From Mobula hypostoma (lineage: Eukaryota), in assembly GCF_963921235.1 (NCBI RefSeq), contig NC_086097.1:234920001-234984000 (forward strand): DNA of 64,000 nucleotides. The letters run 5' to 3'. Positions 49,380-60,932 of the stretch are shown piece after piece. A program made the position numbers and the translations under genes. The first letter of the stretch is position 1. Each line of letters starts with the position of its first letter. The notes beneath the pieces are model-generated. The model ran no database searches, was not told where the DNA came from, and saw only the letters and a program-made list of their open reading frames with translations.

Positions 49380-50440
49380 TTGTCATAGAGTTGTAGAAAA
49401 GTACAAAACAGAAACAAGCTCTTCACCCTTAATCCATGACCTCTGCTTGTAGTCCCACACAACATCCTTGTAATTCTTAGCAATATCCTTATAAAGTTTC
49501 TCTGTACTCTTTCAACCTTATTTACATCTTTCCTGTAGGTAGGTGACCAAAACTGCACACAGTACTCAAAATGAGGCCTCTCCAATATCTTATACAACTT
49601 CAACATAACACTCCATTTCCCAAGTACTCAATTCCTTTATTTATGAAGGCCAATGTGCCAAAAACTCTCTTTATGACCCTATCTACATGTGACCGCACAG
49701 TTAATGAATAATGGACCTGTATTCCCAGATACCTTTGTTCTACTACACTCTTCAGTGCTCTAAAGTTCACTGTGCAAGTTCCTACTTGGTTGGTCCTACA
49801 GAGGCCCAACACCTTGCACTTATCAGATGGAATTTAATGCAGACATTTTTCAAACCATTTTTTCCAGCTGATGCAGATCCCTCTGGAAACCATGATGGCT
49901 TCCTCACCGCCTACCTCTCCAATCTTAGTATCATCCACAAATTTGCTGATCCAGTTAAATACATTGCCATCCAGATCATTGATGTAGAGATCTCTTTATA
50001 TCCTTGGCATATATCAGCTTTCAATCTCACCAACTTCTCTTGCATCTCTTTCTGAAAAAATAATTCTTTTAGATTTTTTTTGCTTTTGCAAAGTCCTTGA
50101 TTATCTAGTACTTCAGGTAGGTTATTTGCTTGTTCATTATTGAAGGCTGGTCTAAAGTCTTTACATAATTTCTTTGGAGTTTCCCTGTTCCTCATTATAA
50201 ATTGTCTGGTCTCTTTCTGTAAGGAACCCACAATTGCCCTCAATAATCTTTTGTTTCTTTTTTTCTTTACATACACACAGGAGTTTTTACAATCCAATCT
50301 TATATTTTTCACAACTTTAATCTCATACTCTATCTTCCCTTTCCTCATCAATGTCTTTGCACTCTTTTGTTGAATTCTAGACTGCTTCAATCTTCATGTC
50401 TACTGCTAGTGCTGACAACTTTACAAGCCTCTTGCTTCGA
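49380..50440 (-). mobile_element. Two adjacent degenerate CR1 ORF2 fragments
   Basis: LYKILERPHFEYCVQFWSP and RKGKIEYEIKVVKNIRLDCK motifs. Confidence 0.8.
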
Positions 50441-50905
50441 TTTACTGCATGGATAACTTAATTTACCACTACTCTGAACTGGTTCTACAACTTTCTGACT
50501 CGCTTACAAGGACTCTTTACAACTTGTGTTCTCGGTACTACTTTCAGTTGCACAGTTTGATCTCTTTTGCACATTGTTTATTAGACTCTGTTTTGTTACA
50601 GCAAGCCAAAACAATCAATGCCTATTAGTCATCTGACAACCATTCCCAGGATGACTTTCGCTGATTGGTCGTTGTTTATGTTGTTTTATTTATTTATTTA
50701 GAGATACAGCATGGAACAGGCCCTTCCAGTCACACTGAAACAAGCCAGCCAGGAACCCACTCATTTAACCCCTTATCTAATCACAGGACAACTTACCTAT
50801 TAACCTCAAACAACAGGAATTCTGCAGATGCTGGAAATTCAAGCAACACACATCAAAGTTGCTGGTGAACGCAGCAGGCCAGGCAGCATCTATAGGAAGA
50901 GGCGC

Positions 50906-50941
50906 AGTCGACGTTTCAGGCCGAGACCCTTCGTCAGGACT
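50906..50941 (-). ncRNA. Minimal type-I hammerhead ribozyme motif (intact)
   Basis: Exact reverse complement of 50952-50987. Confidence 0.8.
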
Positions 50942-50951
50942 GACTTGATGA

Positions 50952-50987
50952 AGTCCTGACGAAGGGTCTCGGCCTGAAACGTCGACT
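50952..50987 (+). ncRNA. Minimal type-I hammerhead ribozyme motif (intact)
   Basis: AGTC-CTGACGA-AGGGTCTCGGCCT-GAAAC-GTC-GACT. Predicted cleavage after C50983. Confidence 0.8.
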
Positions 50988-51596
50988 GCGCCTCTTCCTA
51001 TAGATGCTGCCTGGCCTGCTGCGTTCACCAGCAACTTTGATGTGTGTTACCTATTAACCTACTAATCGGTACCTCTTTGGACAATGGGAGGAAAGCCACG
51101 TGTGCATGAGATGAATGTAAAAACTACCTTGCAGGAGATGCTGGAATTGAACTCCGAGCTCCAATGGCCCGAGCTGCGATAGCATTGCTACCATGGCACT
51201 CACATGTCAATAGCCGTTATTCTTATCAATGTCTCAAATGTTCTTAGGCAAGACATTTAAATATTCGTGCTTTGGACTGCACTGTTGAAATCTGAGATTT
51301 CTGTAGTTGTGTGTGTTTTACTGAATAAATGTTTACTTTGAGTTCTGGCTTTGTCGTATCTCCTAGATTTGGGTTTCATCAGTAATTTTTTGGTGAGTGA
51401 ACACAACAAATTGGTGACAAGCTGCTGTATTAAATCATCACAAATGGCTTACAGTACATGGAATTCTAAAGCAACAGCAAGCTCACGCTGAGGGGGCCCA
51501 GCTGAAGTTAACCGAAACCCTGACCAGCAGCTTACCAATGATTACAATGCTGTCAGTGTCAAATGTTAAACAGAACTCATGTGACTCAGAAGGAAA

Positions 51597-51848
51597 TCAT
51601 AGACCATTTAGCCTGACCACAGTGGTTGGGAAGATGTTGGAGTCAAGGTTATGGAGTACTTGGTGACATAGGACAAGATAGGACAAAGTCAGTATGGTTT
51701 CCTTGAGGGAAAATCTTGCCTGATAAACCTGTTGGAATTCTTTGAGGAGATTACAAGTAGGATAGATAAAGGGGATGTAAGGGAGTTGTATATTTGGACT
51801 TTCAAAAGGCCTTTGACAAGGTGCCACACATGAGGCTGCATACCAACT
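51597..51848 (+). mobile_element. CR1 RT fragment
   Basis: GKSCLINLLEFFEEITSRIDKG...YLDFQKAFDKVPH. Confidence 0.85.
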
Positions 51849-52258
51849 TGAAGGTTTGAATATCAATTCTTCCTTCCGGTTAACAAATTTCGTGCCCCCC
51901 CACCTTCCTCTATTCTGCACTTTGTCCTCTTCTGACCTAACTATTACTTCCCCTGGGTCCCGTTCTCCTATAGTCCACTTTCCTCTCCTACCAGATTCCT
52001 TGTTCTCCAGCACTTGACCTTTCCAACCCCCCTGGCTTCACCTATCACCTATCACCTTCCAGCTAGCCTCCTTTCCCTTCTCCCACTTTTTTTTTATTCT
52101 GGCATCTTGTCCCTTCCATCTCAGTCTTGTAGAAGGGTCTCAGCCCAAAAACATCACTGTCTATTCATTTCCCATAGATGCTGCCTGACCTGCTGAGCTC
52201 CTCCAACATTTTGTGTGCGTTAGATTTCCACTATGTGCAGACTTCCTTGTGTTTATAA
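51845..52258 (+). mobile_element. Old Penelope ORF end plus pLTR
   Basis: QLEGLNINSSFR* end, CT-rich UTR, decayed hammerhead at about 52123-52158, ATAGATGCTGCCTGACCTGCTGAG. Confidence 0.72.
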
Positions 52259-52334
52259 GTCAAATCAATATCTGACGTGACCTTTAAAACTGCATCAATT
52301 CTCTAAGGCATACTGTCATGGAGTTTTATAAGAA

Positions 52335-52512
52335 AATCGGCTGGTAGGTTGTTTCAAGCATCTTGGAGAACTTGCTACAGTTCTGCTGCAGACCTTGACT
52401 GCCTGTCCAGGTAATCCCAAACAGCTTCAGTGATGTTGAGATCAGGGCTCTGTGGAGGCTAGACCATGTGAAACCATACTAAAGAAATCTAGTTTGCCTA
52501 ATACTTTTGTAG
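52335..52512 (-). mobile_element. Tc1 transposase relic (inverted sister fragment at about 53345-53403)
   Basis: Minus strand PPQSPDLNITEAVWDYL; plus strand at 53352 PPQSPEFNIIEVVW. Confidence 0.7.
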
Positions 52513-53464
52513 AACACAGGTACCATATACTACCTTGAGAATTATCTTCTTACAGGCAGCCACAAAGCAAAGAAAATACTATAGAATTCATGAAAAAAAA
52601 CACACACACACAAAGCCCAACGAACATCCAAATGTGCAAAAAATTAACAAATTGTGCAACCAATAAGTAAACAAATAATACACAAAACATGAACGATGGC
52701 ATCCCTGAAAGTGAGTCCACAACCACAGACCCAGTTCAGTGCTCAGTAAATGTAGCCAGTCCAGGCCTGACAGAGGATATTCCTCTACAATAGCCAAGTT
52801 AAGCAGTATTCAGCACATTATTACAGATCTTGACACTTGCTCAAAGCCAGGGCTGCTTTCAAGGTAGAGTAGAGAAGTGAATGACAGTGCTGACATTGTG
52901 ATATACAGAATTCCTCATTGCAGCACATTTATCTGAGGATAGCTGATGAGAAAGGACTCCACACTAAAATCTTGAGCCATGTCAACTGTGAATGACGACT
53001 GCCACCCAGATTTCAACCTCTGGGATTTATGAAATACAGCCTGTGCTGTGACAGATCGAAAGAAAGCAGCATAATTCCTGCCAGGAACCAGCATGAACAA
53101 GGAGATGATTTTCATTTGATTTATGAAAATTGTCATTTTTTTTTATATAATTCAGCAGCACCCTGTGCCACCTGCAATCTGATAAATATCTTCCCCTGGA
53201 CTGACAAAGGGATGAAATTCTCTAGCCTCCCTTTGCATGAAGATCCTTTGATACCTCTCTCACACAGAAAGGCACAGCAAGTTGTCATCTGCTGCTTATA
53301 TCTCCAGCAGACTCTCTCTGCTGAATGATAGAGGCATCTGCAGATTTTCACATGGTCTCACCTCCACAGAGCCCTGAGTTCAACATAATTGAGGTTGTTT
53401 GGAAGAATCATTTGGTCATTATCATTATGTGTCATGTGGTTGTTATAAGGAATCACGGCCTTTC

Positions 53465-54408
53465 CATGACCATAAGACAATAAAACATAGGAACTGAATT
53501 AGGCCATCAAGTTTACTCCACCATTCCATTATGGCTGATCTCGGATCCCACTCAACCCCATATACCTGCCTTCTCGTCATTTCCTTTGATACCCAGATCA
53601 ATAAGGAATCAACTTCCTCCTTCAATGTACCCAGGGATGGCCTCCACCACAATCTGTGGCACAGGATTCCACATATTCACCACTCTCTGACTAAAAATAT
53701 TCCCCCTTACCTCCATTCTAAAAGGTTGCCCCTCAATTTTAAGGCTGTGCCCTCTAGTTCTGGATACTCCCGCCATGGGAAACATCCTCTCCACATCCAC
53801 CCAATGTAGTCCTTTCAACATTCGGTAGATTTCAATGAGTTACCCATGTATTCTTCTAAATTCCAGTGAGTACAGGCCCAAAGCTGTCAAACCCTCCTCA
53901 TATGTTAACCCCTTTGTTCCCAGAACAATCCTTGTGAACCTCCTCTGGACTCTCTCCAATGACAACACACCCCTTCTGAGATATGGGGCCCAAAGCCGTT
54001 GACAATAAACCAAGTGTGCCCTGACTAGTGTCTTATAAAGGCTCAGAATTATCTCCTTGCTTTTATATTCTATTTCCCTTGATATAAATGGCAACATTGC
54101 ATTTGCCTTCTTTACCAGACTCAACCTGTGAACTATCCTTCTGTGAGTCTCGCACAAGGACTCCTAAGTCCCTCTGCAACTCTGATGTTTGAACCTTCTC
54201 CCCACTTAAATAATAGTGGACACTATTGTTCTTTTTAGCAAACTGCATTATCTTACATTTCCCAACACCGTTTTCCATCTGCCACTTTTTTGCCCACCCT
54301 TCCAATTTGTCTAAGTCCTGCTGCAATCGCATTGCTTCCTCAGCACTACCTACCCCTCCACCTATCTTCGTATCATCCTCAAACTTTGCCACAAAGCCAT
54401 CAATTCCA
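53465..54408 (-). mobile_element. Degenerate CR1 RT to 3'UTR
   Basis: FVAKFEDDTKIGG, LYKTLVRAHLVYC and SQRVVNMWN motifs. Confidence 0.9.
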
Positions 54409-54729
54409 TAATTGTTCTTGGCAATTTTTTCTACAGATGCCTTTGCCATTGCCTTCTTCTGGGCAGTGTCGTTACATAACTCCAGCCATTATCAACACTC
54501 GTCAGAGATTGTCTGCCTGGCGTCAGTTGTCACATAAACAGAACTTGTGATATGCACCAACTGCTCATTCGAACATCCACAACCTGCTCCCATGGCTCTA
54601 TGTGACCGTGATCTGGTGGGGAGGGGCTAAGCAGGTGCTTCCCCTTGCCCAAGGGTAACCTGAAGGCTACTGGAGGAAAGGAGCATGCACAGCTCCTTTG
54701 GTAGAGATGTATCTCCACCTCGCTACCCA
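54408..54729 (-). mobile_element. RTE 5'-derived non-autonomous element
   Basis: Contains GAAGGCAATGGCAAA...TTGCCAAGAA, the same RTE 5' motif seen at about 21760-21790. Confidence 0.62.
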
Positions 54730-54838
54730 TATGTTTAAGATACTCCTTTTCCAGCTTTAACTTAAAGTTTTTTGATTCATCATTTAGCGGATTACAATCA
54801 CAATCACAGCCATGAATCAGGTGTCGTATATCAAGGAA

Positions 54839-55146
54839 AGTGTGGGCACGTGGCCAAGTGGTTAAGGCATTGGAGTAGCGAACTGAAGGTCGTGAGTTCG
54901 AGCCCCAGCCGAGGCAACACGTGTTGTGTTAATCACACATTGCTCTGCAACGACACTGGTGCCAAGCTGTATGGGTCCTAATACCCTTCCCATGGACAAC
55001 ATTGGTGTCGTGGAGAGGGGAGACTTGCAGCATGGGTAACTGCTGGTCTTCCATACAATCTTGCCCAGGCCTGCGCCCTGGAGAGTGAAGACTTTCCAGG
55101 CGCAGATCCATGGTCTCACAAGACTAATGGATGCCTTTATTATCTT
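54839..55146 (+). mobile_element. tRNA-derived SINE with RTE-derived body and 12-bp TSD
   Basis: A box TGGCCAAGTGG 54851-61 and B box GAGTTCGAGCC 54894-904. TSD TATATCAAGGAA (54827-38) and TATGTCAAGGAA (55147-58). Confidence 0.85.
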
Positions 55147-56284
55147 TATGTCAAGGAATCCATGTTAGAAATCTCTTCTCTGAACATCTTCAGCAGCCTT
55201 AAAAGGCACTCAACACTCTGCTAGGATCACTTAAACACTGCTTCTAACACCTCTCTGTCTGTGTCTGATCTCTATGCATTCATCTAGTCATCCATTCAAT
55301 GGAAGCTTTACAAATCTACTCTTGTCTGGAAGCAATTTGTTTCAGAACAACTTGTAAAGCATCCACACCAGATCGATTACTCCCTGCTGACTCCTCATAA
55401 CAAAAGGATAAACTTCTAAGTTTAAAGTTCAAAGTAAATTTATCGAAGTACATATATGCCACCATGTACAACTCTGAGATTTATTTTCTTGTGGGCATAC
55501 TCAATAAATCTACAATAGAATAGTAACCATAATAGAATCAATGAGAAATGGCACCAACATGGACATTCGACCTGTGTGCAAAACACAACAAACTGTGCAA
55601 ATACAAAAACCCAAATATTCATAATAAGAAAATAAGCAATGAATACCGAGGACATGACATGAAGAGTCCTTGAAAGTGAATCCATAGGTTATGGAACATT
55701 TCAATGATAGGAAAGTAAAGTTGAGTGAAGTTATCCCCATTAGTTCAAGAGACTGATGGTTGAGGGGTATTAACTGCTCCTGAACCTGGTGATGTGAGTC
55801 CTTAGGCTCCTGTGCCCTCTTGCTAATGACAGCAACTTTAAAAAGTGCACAAAAAATTATATTATCAACCGCAAGATATTATTTATCAAATAACTCAGAA
55901 GGAGGCTGTGATCAACTTGTGGAAATCTGGAAGGGGCTGTCTTTAATCTGCTCAATAATGCAAGAATGAAGACAGCAGTACTGGCTTTTAATCAACCTAA
56001 CAAATGAATCAATGTCACAAACTGCCTGATCTGAGGGCTCTCCGCAGTTAGAAAAGGCAAGGGAAAGCCCTGACCACTGAAAGTGCATGGAAGAAAGAGT
56101 CTCCATTTTCAGCCGGCTGCCTGATCTGAAGGCTGTCAGCAGTTAGAAATGGATAAAGAAAAGCAGTGCCCACTGAAAGGGTGTGCAGCAAACTCAAGTT
56201 CCTTTCTTATTGTTAATGGAGAATCATCCCAAGTTTCTGGAGAGAGTACTGAACCCACAGCCTTCAACTTTTAAACCTAAGAGT

Positions 56285-58310
56285 GCAAGATACAGGAACA
56301 AAATTAGGCCATTTGGCCCATCGAGTCTGCTCCACCATTTAATCATGGCTGATACATTTTTCCTGTAAGCCCCATCTCCCCCTTCATGCCCTGACCATTC
56401 AAGAATCTATCAAACTCTGCCTTAAAAGTACATGAAGACTTGCCTTCCACAGCTGCCATGAACTCCACAGATTCACCACTTTCTGGCTAAAGAAATTCCT
56501 TCTCATCCGCATTCTAAAAGGATAGCAAGTGCGCATGTGCCGGTCGTGCATGCAGCCTGTTACAGCCATTCCGATCAGTATTCTTACTTTTTAACTTACG
56601 TTATTTTTTGTATTTTTTTTCACGGTAACACATCGAAGCTGCACCCTCTCTAACATGCTGGTAGAGAGAGTTTTATTTGGGTTTTTAGCACTGAAAATAG
56701 TTACATCCCGACACGTAGGACAGAAGCATGGTCGCATTATTTATTCCAGGGACCAGCTGATTGAGCTTATGCTGGCCGGTTTAGCGAGCAGAGCGGCGGA
56801 CACCCCTGCTGAAATCTGGAGGAAAACACACAGAGGATGCAGAGGGGGATCACAAAGGTGAGGGAAGAGGATCCCGGTTGAGACAACAGAGACTTATGGA
56901 GAAGAGGAGTTCGGTGGGTAATAAAGTGGACAAGTTTACGGCGCTAGCCAGGCATCAGAGAACATTTCAGGAGTGCAGTGTTACGTGTTTCACTGAAACA
57001 GGGCTGCACGAGGACATTCCCGATCAAAACTTTTCCATGGATGGTTTCCAGACCGTTCGAGCTGACCGGAAGTGCACTGAGAGTGGTAAGCGTAAAGGAG
57101 TTGGGTGCTTACTATTCTGGTTAACAACGGATGGTGCAATCCGGGTCATATTATGATCGAGGAACGTGTTTGTAGACCAGATATTGAACTTTTTACTGTT
57201 GGACTTCGGCCATATTCCACCGAGATACAACACTGGGCGGCACGGGAGGTCGTTCCTGCCTGTGGCCATCGAACGTGCAGCTCCTCCCGTGGAGGGTCAG
57301 ACACCCTGAGCCAATAGACAGGTCCTGGACTTATTTTCCATCTGGCATAGTTTGCATTTTGTTGTTTGATTGTTTGTGGTTTTTGTATTGCTACATTTAT
57401 GCTCTATTCTTGGTTGGTGCGGCTGTAACAAAACCCAATTTCCCTCGGTATCAATAAAGTATATCTATCTATCTAACTATCTATCTTTATTTTGAGGCTG
57501 TATTCTCTGGTCTTAGACACACCCATCATAGGAAATATCCTCTCCACATCCATTCTATCAAGGCATTTCACAATTTGATAGGTTTCAATTCAGTCACCCC
57601 TCATTCTTCTAAATTCCAGTGAATACAGTCCCAGAGCCATTAAATACTTTTCATATGACAAACTGTTTAATCCTGGAATCATTTTTGTGAACCTTCTTTG
57701 AACCCTCTCCAGTTTCAGCACATCCTTTCTAAGTTAAGGGGCCCAAAACTGCTCACAATACTCCGAGTGAGGCTTCACCAGTGCTTTATAAAGTTTCAAC
57801 ATTACATCCTTGTTTTTATATTCTCGTCCTCTTGGAATGAATGTGACCATCACATTTGCCTTCCTCACCACAAACTCAACCTGCTAATTAACCTTTAGAG
57901 AATTCTACACAAGGGCTCATAAATCCTTTTGTGCCTCAGGTTTTTGTATTTTCTCTCTAATTAGAAAATAGTCAACCCTTTCATTTCTTCTACCAAAGTG
58001 CATGAACATACACTTCCCATCACTGTATTCCATCTGCCACTTCTCCGCCCATTCTTCTAATCTAATACTTTTGTAGTCTCCCTGTTTCCTCAAAACTTCC
58101 TGCCTTTCCACGTATCTTCTTATTGTCTGCAAACATTGCAACAAGGTGATCAATTCCATCATCCAAATCACTGACATACAATGTAAAATAAATTGGTTCC
58201 AACGTAAACCCCTGCGGAACAACACCAGTCACCAGCAGCCAATCAGAAAAAAAACTCTTTTTATTCCCACTCTTTGTCTCCTGCCAATCAGCCACCGTCT
58301 TATCCATACT
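56285..58310 (-). mobile_element. Degenerate CR1 3' half, split by a Rex1-derived insertion
   Basis: VPQGFTLEP and FADNKKI motifs. 3' part at 56285-56524 continues at 57487. Confidence 0.85.
56525..57486 (+). mobile_element. Internally deleted Rex1/Babar element (5' end plus APE N-terminus fused to 3' end)
   Basis: YSRDQLIEL, FTETGLHEDIPD...FQTVRADR..ESGKRKG..VNNGWC..ELFTVGLRPY, then an abrupt switch at about 57215 to RSFLPVAI, AATAAAG and a (CTAT)n tail. Confidence 0.85.
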
Positions 58311-59289
58311 TGATTATTTAGATTAAATGTGTGCTTAAGTTGGAACAGGCTAGCATGAAATGCTTTTGGGTAACCGTGGTCAAAATTAAGATAAGAAAGA
58401 GACAAAACAGAGCCAAAAGACAAAATCTAAGCGATGTCTAAAAGGGTCATATAAAGCACAAAAAGGCACTTAAAAATAACAGAAGGGGTAAACTAACTAA
58501 AGAAGCATTTTAGATGTATCAATACTGAATGTTATGTTATGATTTATAGAATACTGCAAGAAATCAAAACAAGAAAGTGTGGAGAATGATATAAATCAGA
58601 ATAAACATTTTCAATTTCCCTCCTATACACCGATTCATCACCACCTTTGATTCAGCCAAACACATTTGGTGACCTCACTATTCTTACAGATGTGCATCCT
58701 AATCTTTCCTAACCTCAGCAAAATCATCATTCAGGCAGGAAAGTTGTAGATTAATATTCAGAGGAAAGATAATCATCAACAGAAATCCTTTTTTTCCCCC
58801 AAACAGATTGATACATCTTTAGTTTTTTTTTTCCATGGATAAAGAGCTGCAGTATTCAGCCTGTCTCAATGAAAACTTAGAATCATAGAAAAGTACAGCA
58901 CAGACCCATCCAGTCTGTACTGAATTATTTAAACTGCCTCTTCCCATCAACCCGAACTGGGAGTATTGCACTCCGTACCCCTACCATCCACATACCTATC
59001 CAATCTTCTCTCAAACATTGAAATCAAGCTCTCATGCCACACTTCTGCTGACAGCTCATCCCACATGCTCATAACCCTCTGAGTTAGGGACTTTGCCTTA
59101 TGTTCCCCTTAAACTTTGCACCTTTCACCCTTAACTCATGATTTCTGATTGCCAATGACTACCAACATCAGTGGTAAAAACCTGTTTGCGTTTCAAAGGT
59201 TTCAAAGGTACCTCACCTGGAAGGATTATTTGGGGCTCTGAATGGAGGTAAGGGAGGAGATGAATGGGGACGTGTAGCAATTCGTTCGC

Positions 59290-60090
59290 TTCAAAGGTTT
59301 CAAAGGTACAATTAATGCCAGGGAAATGTATACAATATACATCCTGAAATGCATTTTCTTCACAACCATCCACAAAAAACAGAGGAGTGCCCCCAAAGAA
59401 TGAGAGTTAAATGTTAGAACCCCAAAGCCACCTCCCAGCTCCCCTCCCTCCCGCGCATAGCAGCAGTAAGCAACAATCCTCTCTCCCCCCACCAGCAAAA
59501 AAAGCATTGGCACCCACCACTGAGCACCCAAGTATGAGCAAAGCAAAAGCAAAGACACAGACTTGCAGTACCCCAAAGGCTACTTGTTCACCTGGTATTC
59601 GACACACCACAGGCCCTCCCTCTCCCTATCAAGGGAGAAAGGGATGTCTCCATTTCACAGTGAGAGGGAAAACATAATAAACAACTCACTGACTTATGAG
59701 GTTAAAAGTCAGTTGCGTTGCTTTTTCCAAGCTCTGTGCTGAAAGACCTCGGGTCTCTGGTCACACAGCCGGAGATCTTCCATCTCCCACGGCACACCGA
59801 TTTCCTGCTGGGACACCAAACTTTGGTCCACCTGTCTCCTGAGCCACGAGATCCCGGAACTCCAAAGGCAAGCTAATCTCTTAGGCTGCATCCCTGGCAT
59901 ATTAAATAATGGCCAGTCGAGAAACCCCAAGAGCGGGTCCCATTCCCGCAAAGAAATGAAGTCAGCATGCAACTCCTGGTCAGGGTCATTAAAGTAACCC
60001 TGAAAGGGGAAAATAAAGATATTAAAGATGGAAATTGAGCTGTTTCCGAAGATGCAAGCAAAAGGGTCACCGTTAGACACCACTGTCTCC
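59290..60090 (-). mobile_element. Non-autonomous LINE-tailed repeat (similar elements at about 29370-30140 and 60530-61190)
   Basis: Minus strand ends ...GTATATTGTATACATTTCCCTGGCATTAATTGTACC(TTTGAAACC)n, a Rex1-like tail, with no ORF. Confidence 0.55.
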
Positions 60091-60851
60091 TCCTAAGCTC
60101 CTCGTCCAAGTGCATTTACCCTACTACTTAAAGTAATAGTGTTATAAGGTCTCTCCTCTCAAGGAGCCAAGATCTCCTCTGATTCAAAGTTTGCAATCTT
60201 ACAATATCCTCTTAACTAAACTCACCTTTTTTAATATTTATATATTTTTAATTAATTTTACATAGCCGTTAGCACAATGCATTACAGTGCCAGCTGTAAG
60301 ATAACAGTTTGATTCCTATCCTTGCCTGTAAGGAGTTTGTACATTCTCCTTATGGCAGGGTTAGTTTTCACAAGGTGTTCCTGTTCCCTCCCACATTACA
60401 AAGATGTATGGTTAGGCTTGGTGAGTCATGGCCAGGCTATGTTGGCACTGGAAGTGTGGCGACACTTGCGAGCTGCCTGGCACTATGCCCGCTAATTTGA
60501 TTTGACACAAACACAACATTTCAATAGTTCAATGGCTCCATTTAATGTCAGAGAATGTGTACATTATACAACCTGAGATATCATCAGCCCATCCACCAGC
60601 CACCATGCAAGCAATAGCAAACTCCCAAACAGACCATGATCTAGAGTCCATCAAAAACTACAGTCCATCCCAACCCTTCAACATCTCAGCCAGGCTCTAC
60701 CTGTCTCTCGCTAACAAGAGACAGAGAGATATCACTCCTGCCACAGCGAGAGGGGGGGCCAACAACTTGTTTTGATGTTACAGTCAGTAGTGTCAATTTA
60801 GTTCCCTCAACTCCAGCATCCAGCATCATCAGCAAACTCTCTCTCACCGCT

Positions 60852-60932
60852 GAGAGAGAGAGAGAGCGAGAGAGTGCGAGCGCGGGGGAGAAAGGGGGAG
60901 GGGGAAAGGGGGGAGAGGGGGGGAGAGGGAGA
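60852..60932 (+). repeat. (GA)n microsatellite followed by a G-run tract (potential G-quadruplex)
   Basis: GAGAGA... then GGGG-AGAAA-GGGGG-A-GGGGG-AAA-GGGGGG-AGA-GGGGGGG. Confidence 0.75.

Larger units (their letters stand above)
50807..51046. mobile_element. Palindromic Penelope pLTR mini-insertion with 14-bp TSD
   Basis: Perfect inverted arms 50845-50941 and 50952-51048 with a 10-nt spacer. TTACCTATTAACCT at 50793-50806 and 51047-51060. Confidence 0.9.

Noticed and set aside
54844..54912. tRNA-like sequence
   Set aside because: No proper acceptor stem; continues into a SINE body bounded by a TSD.
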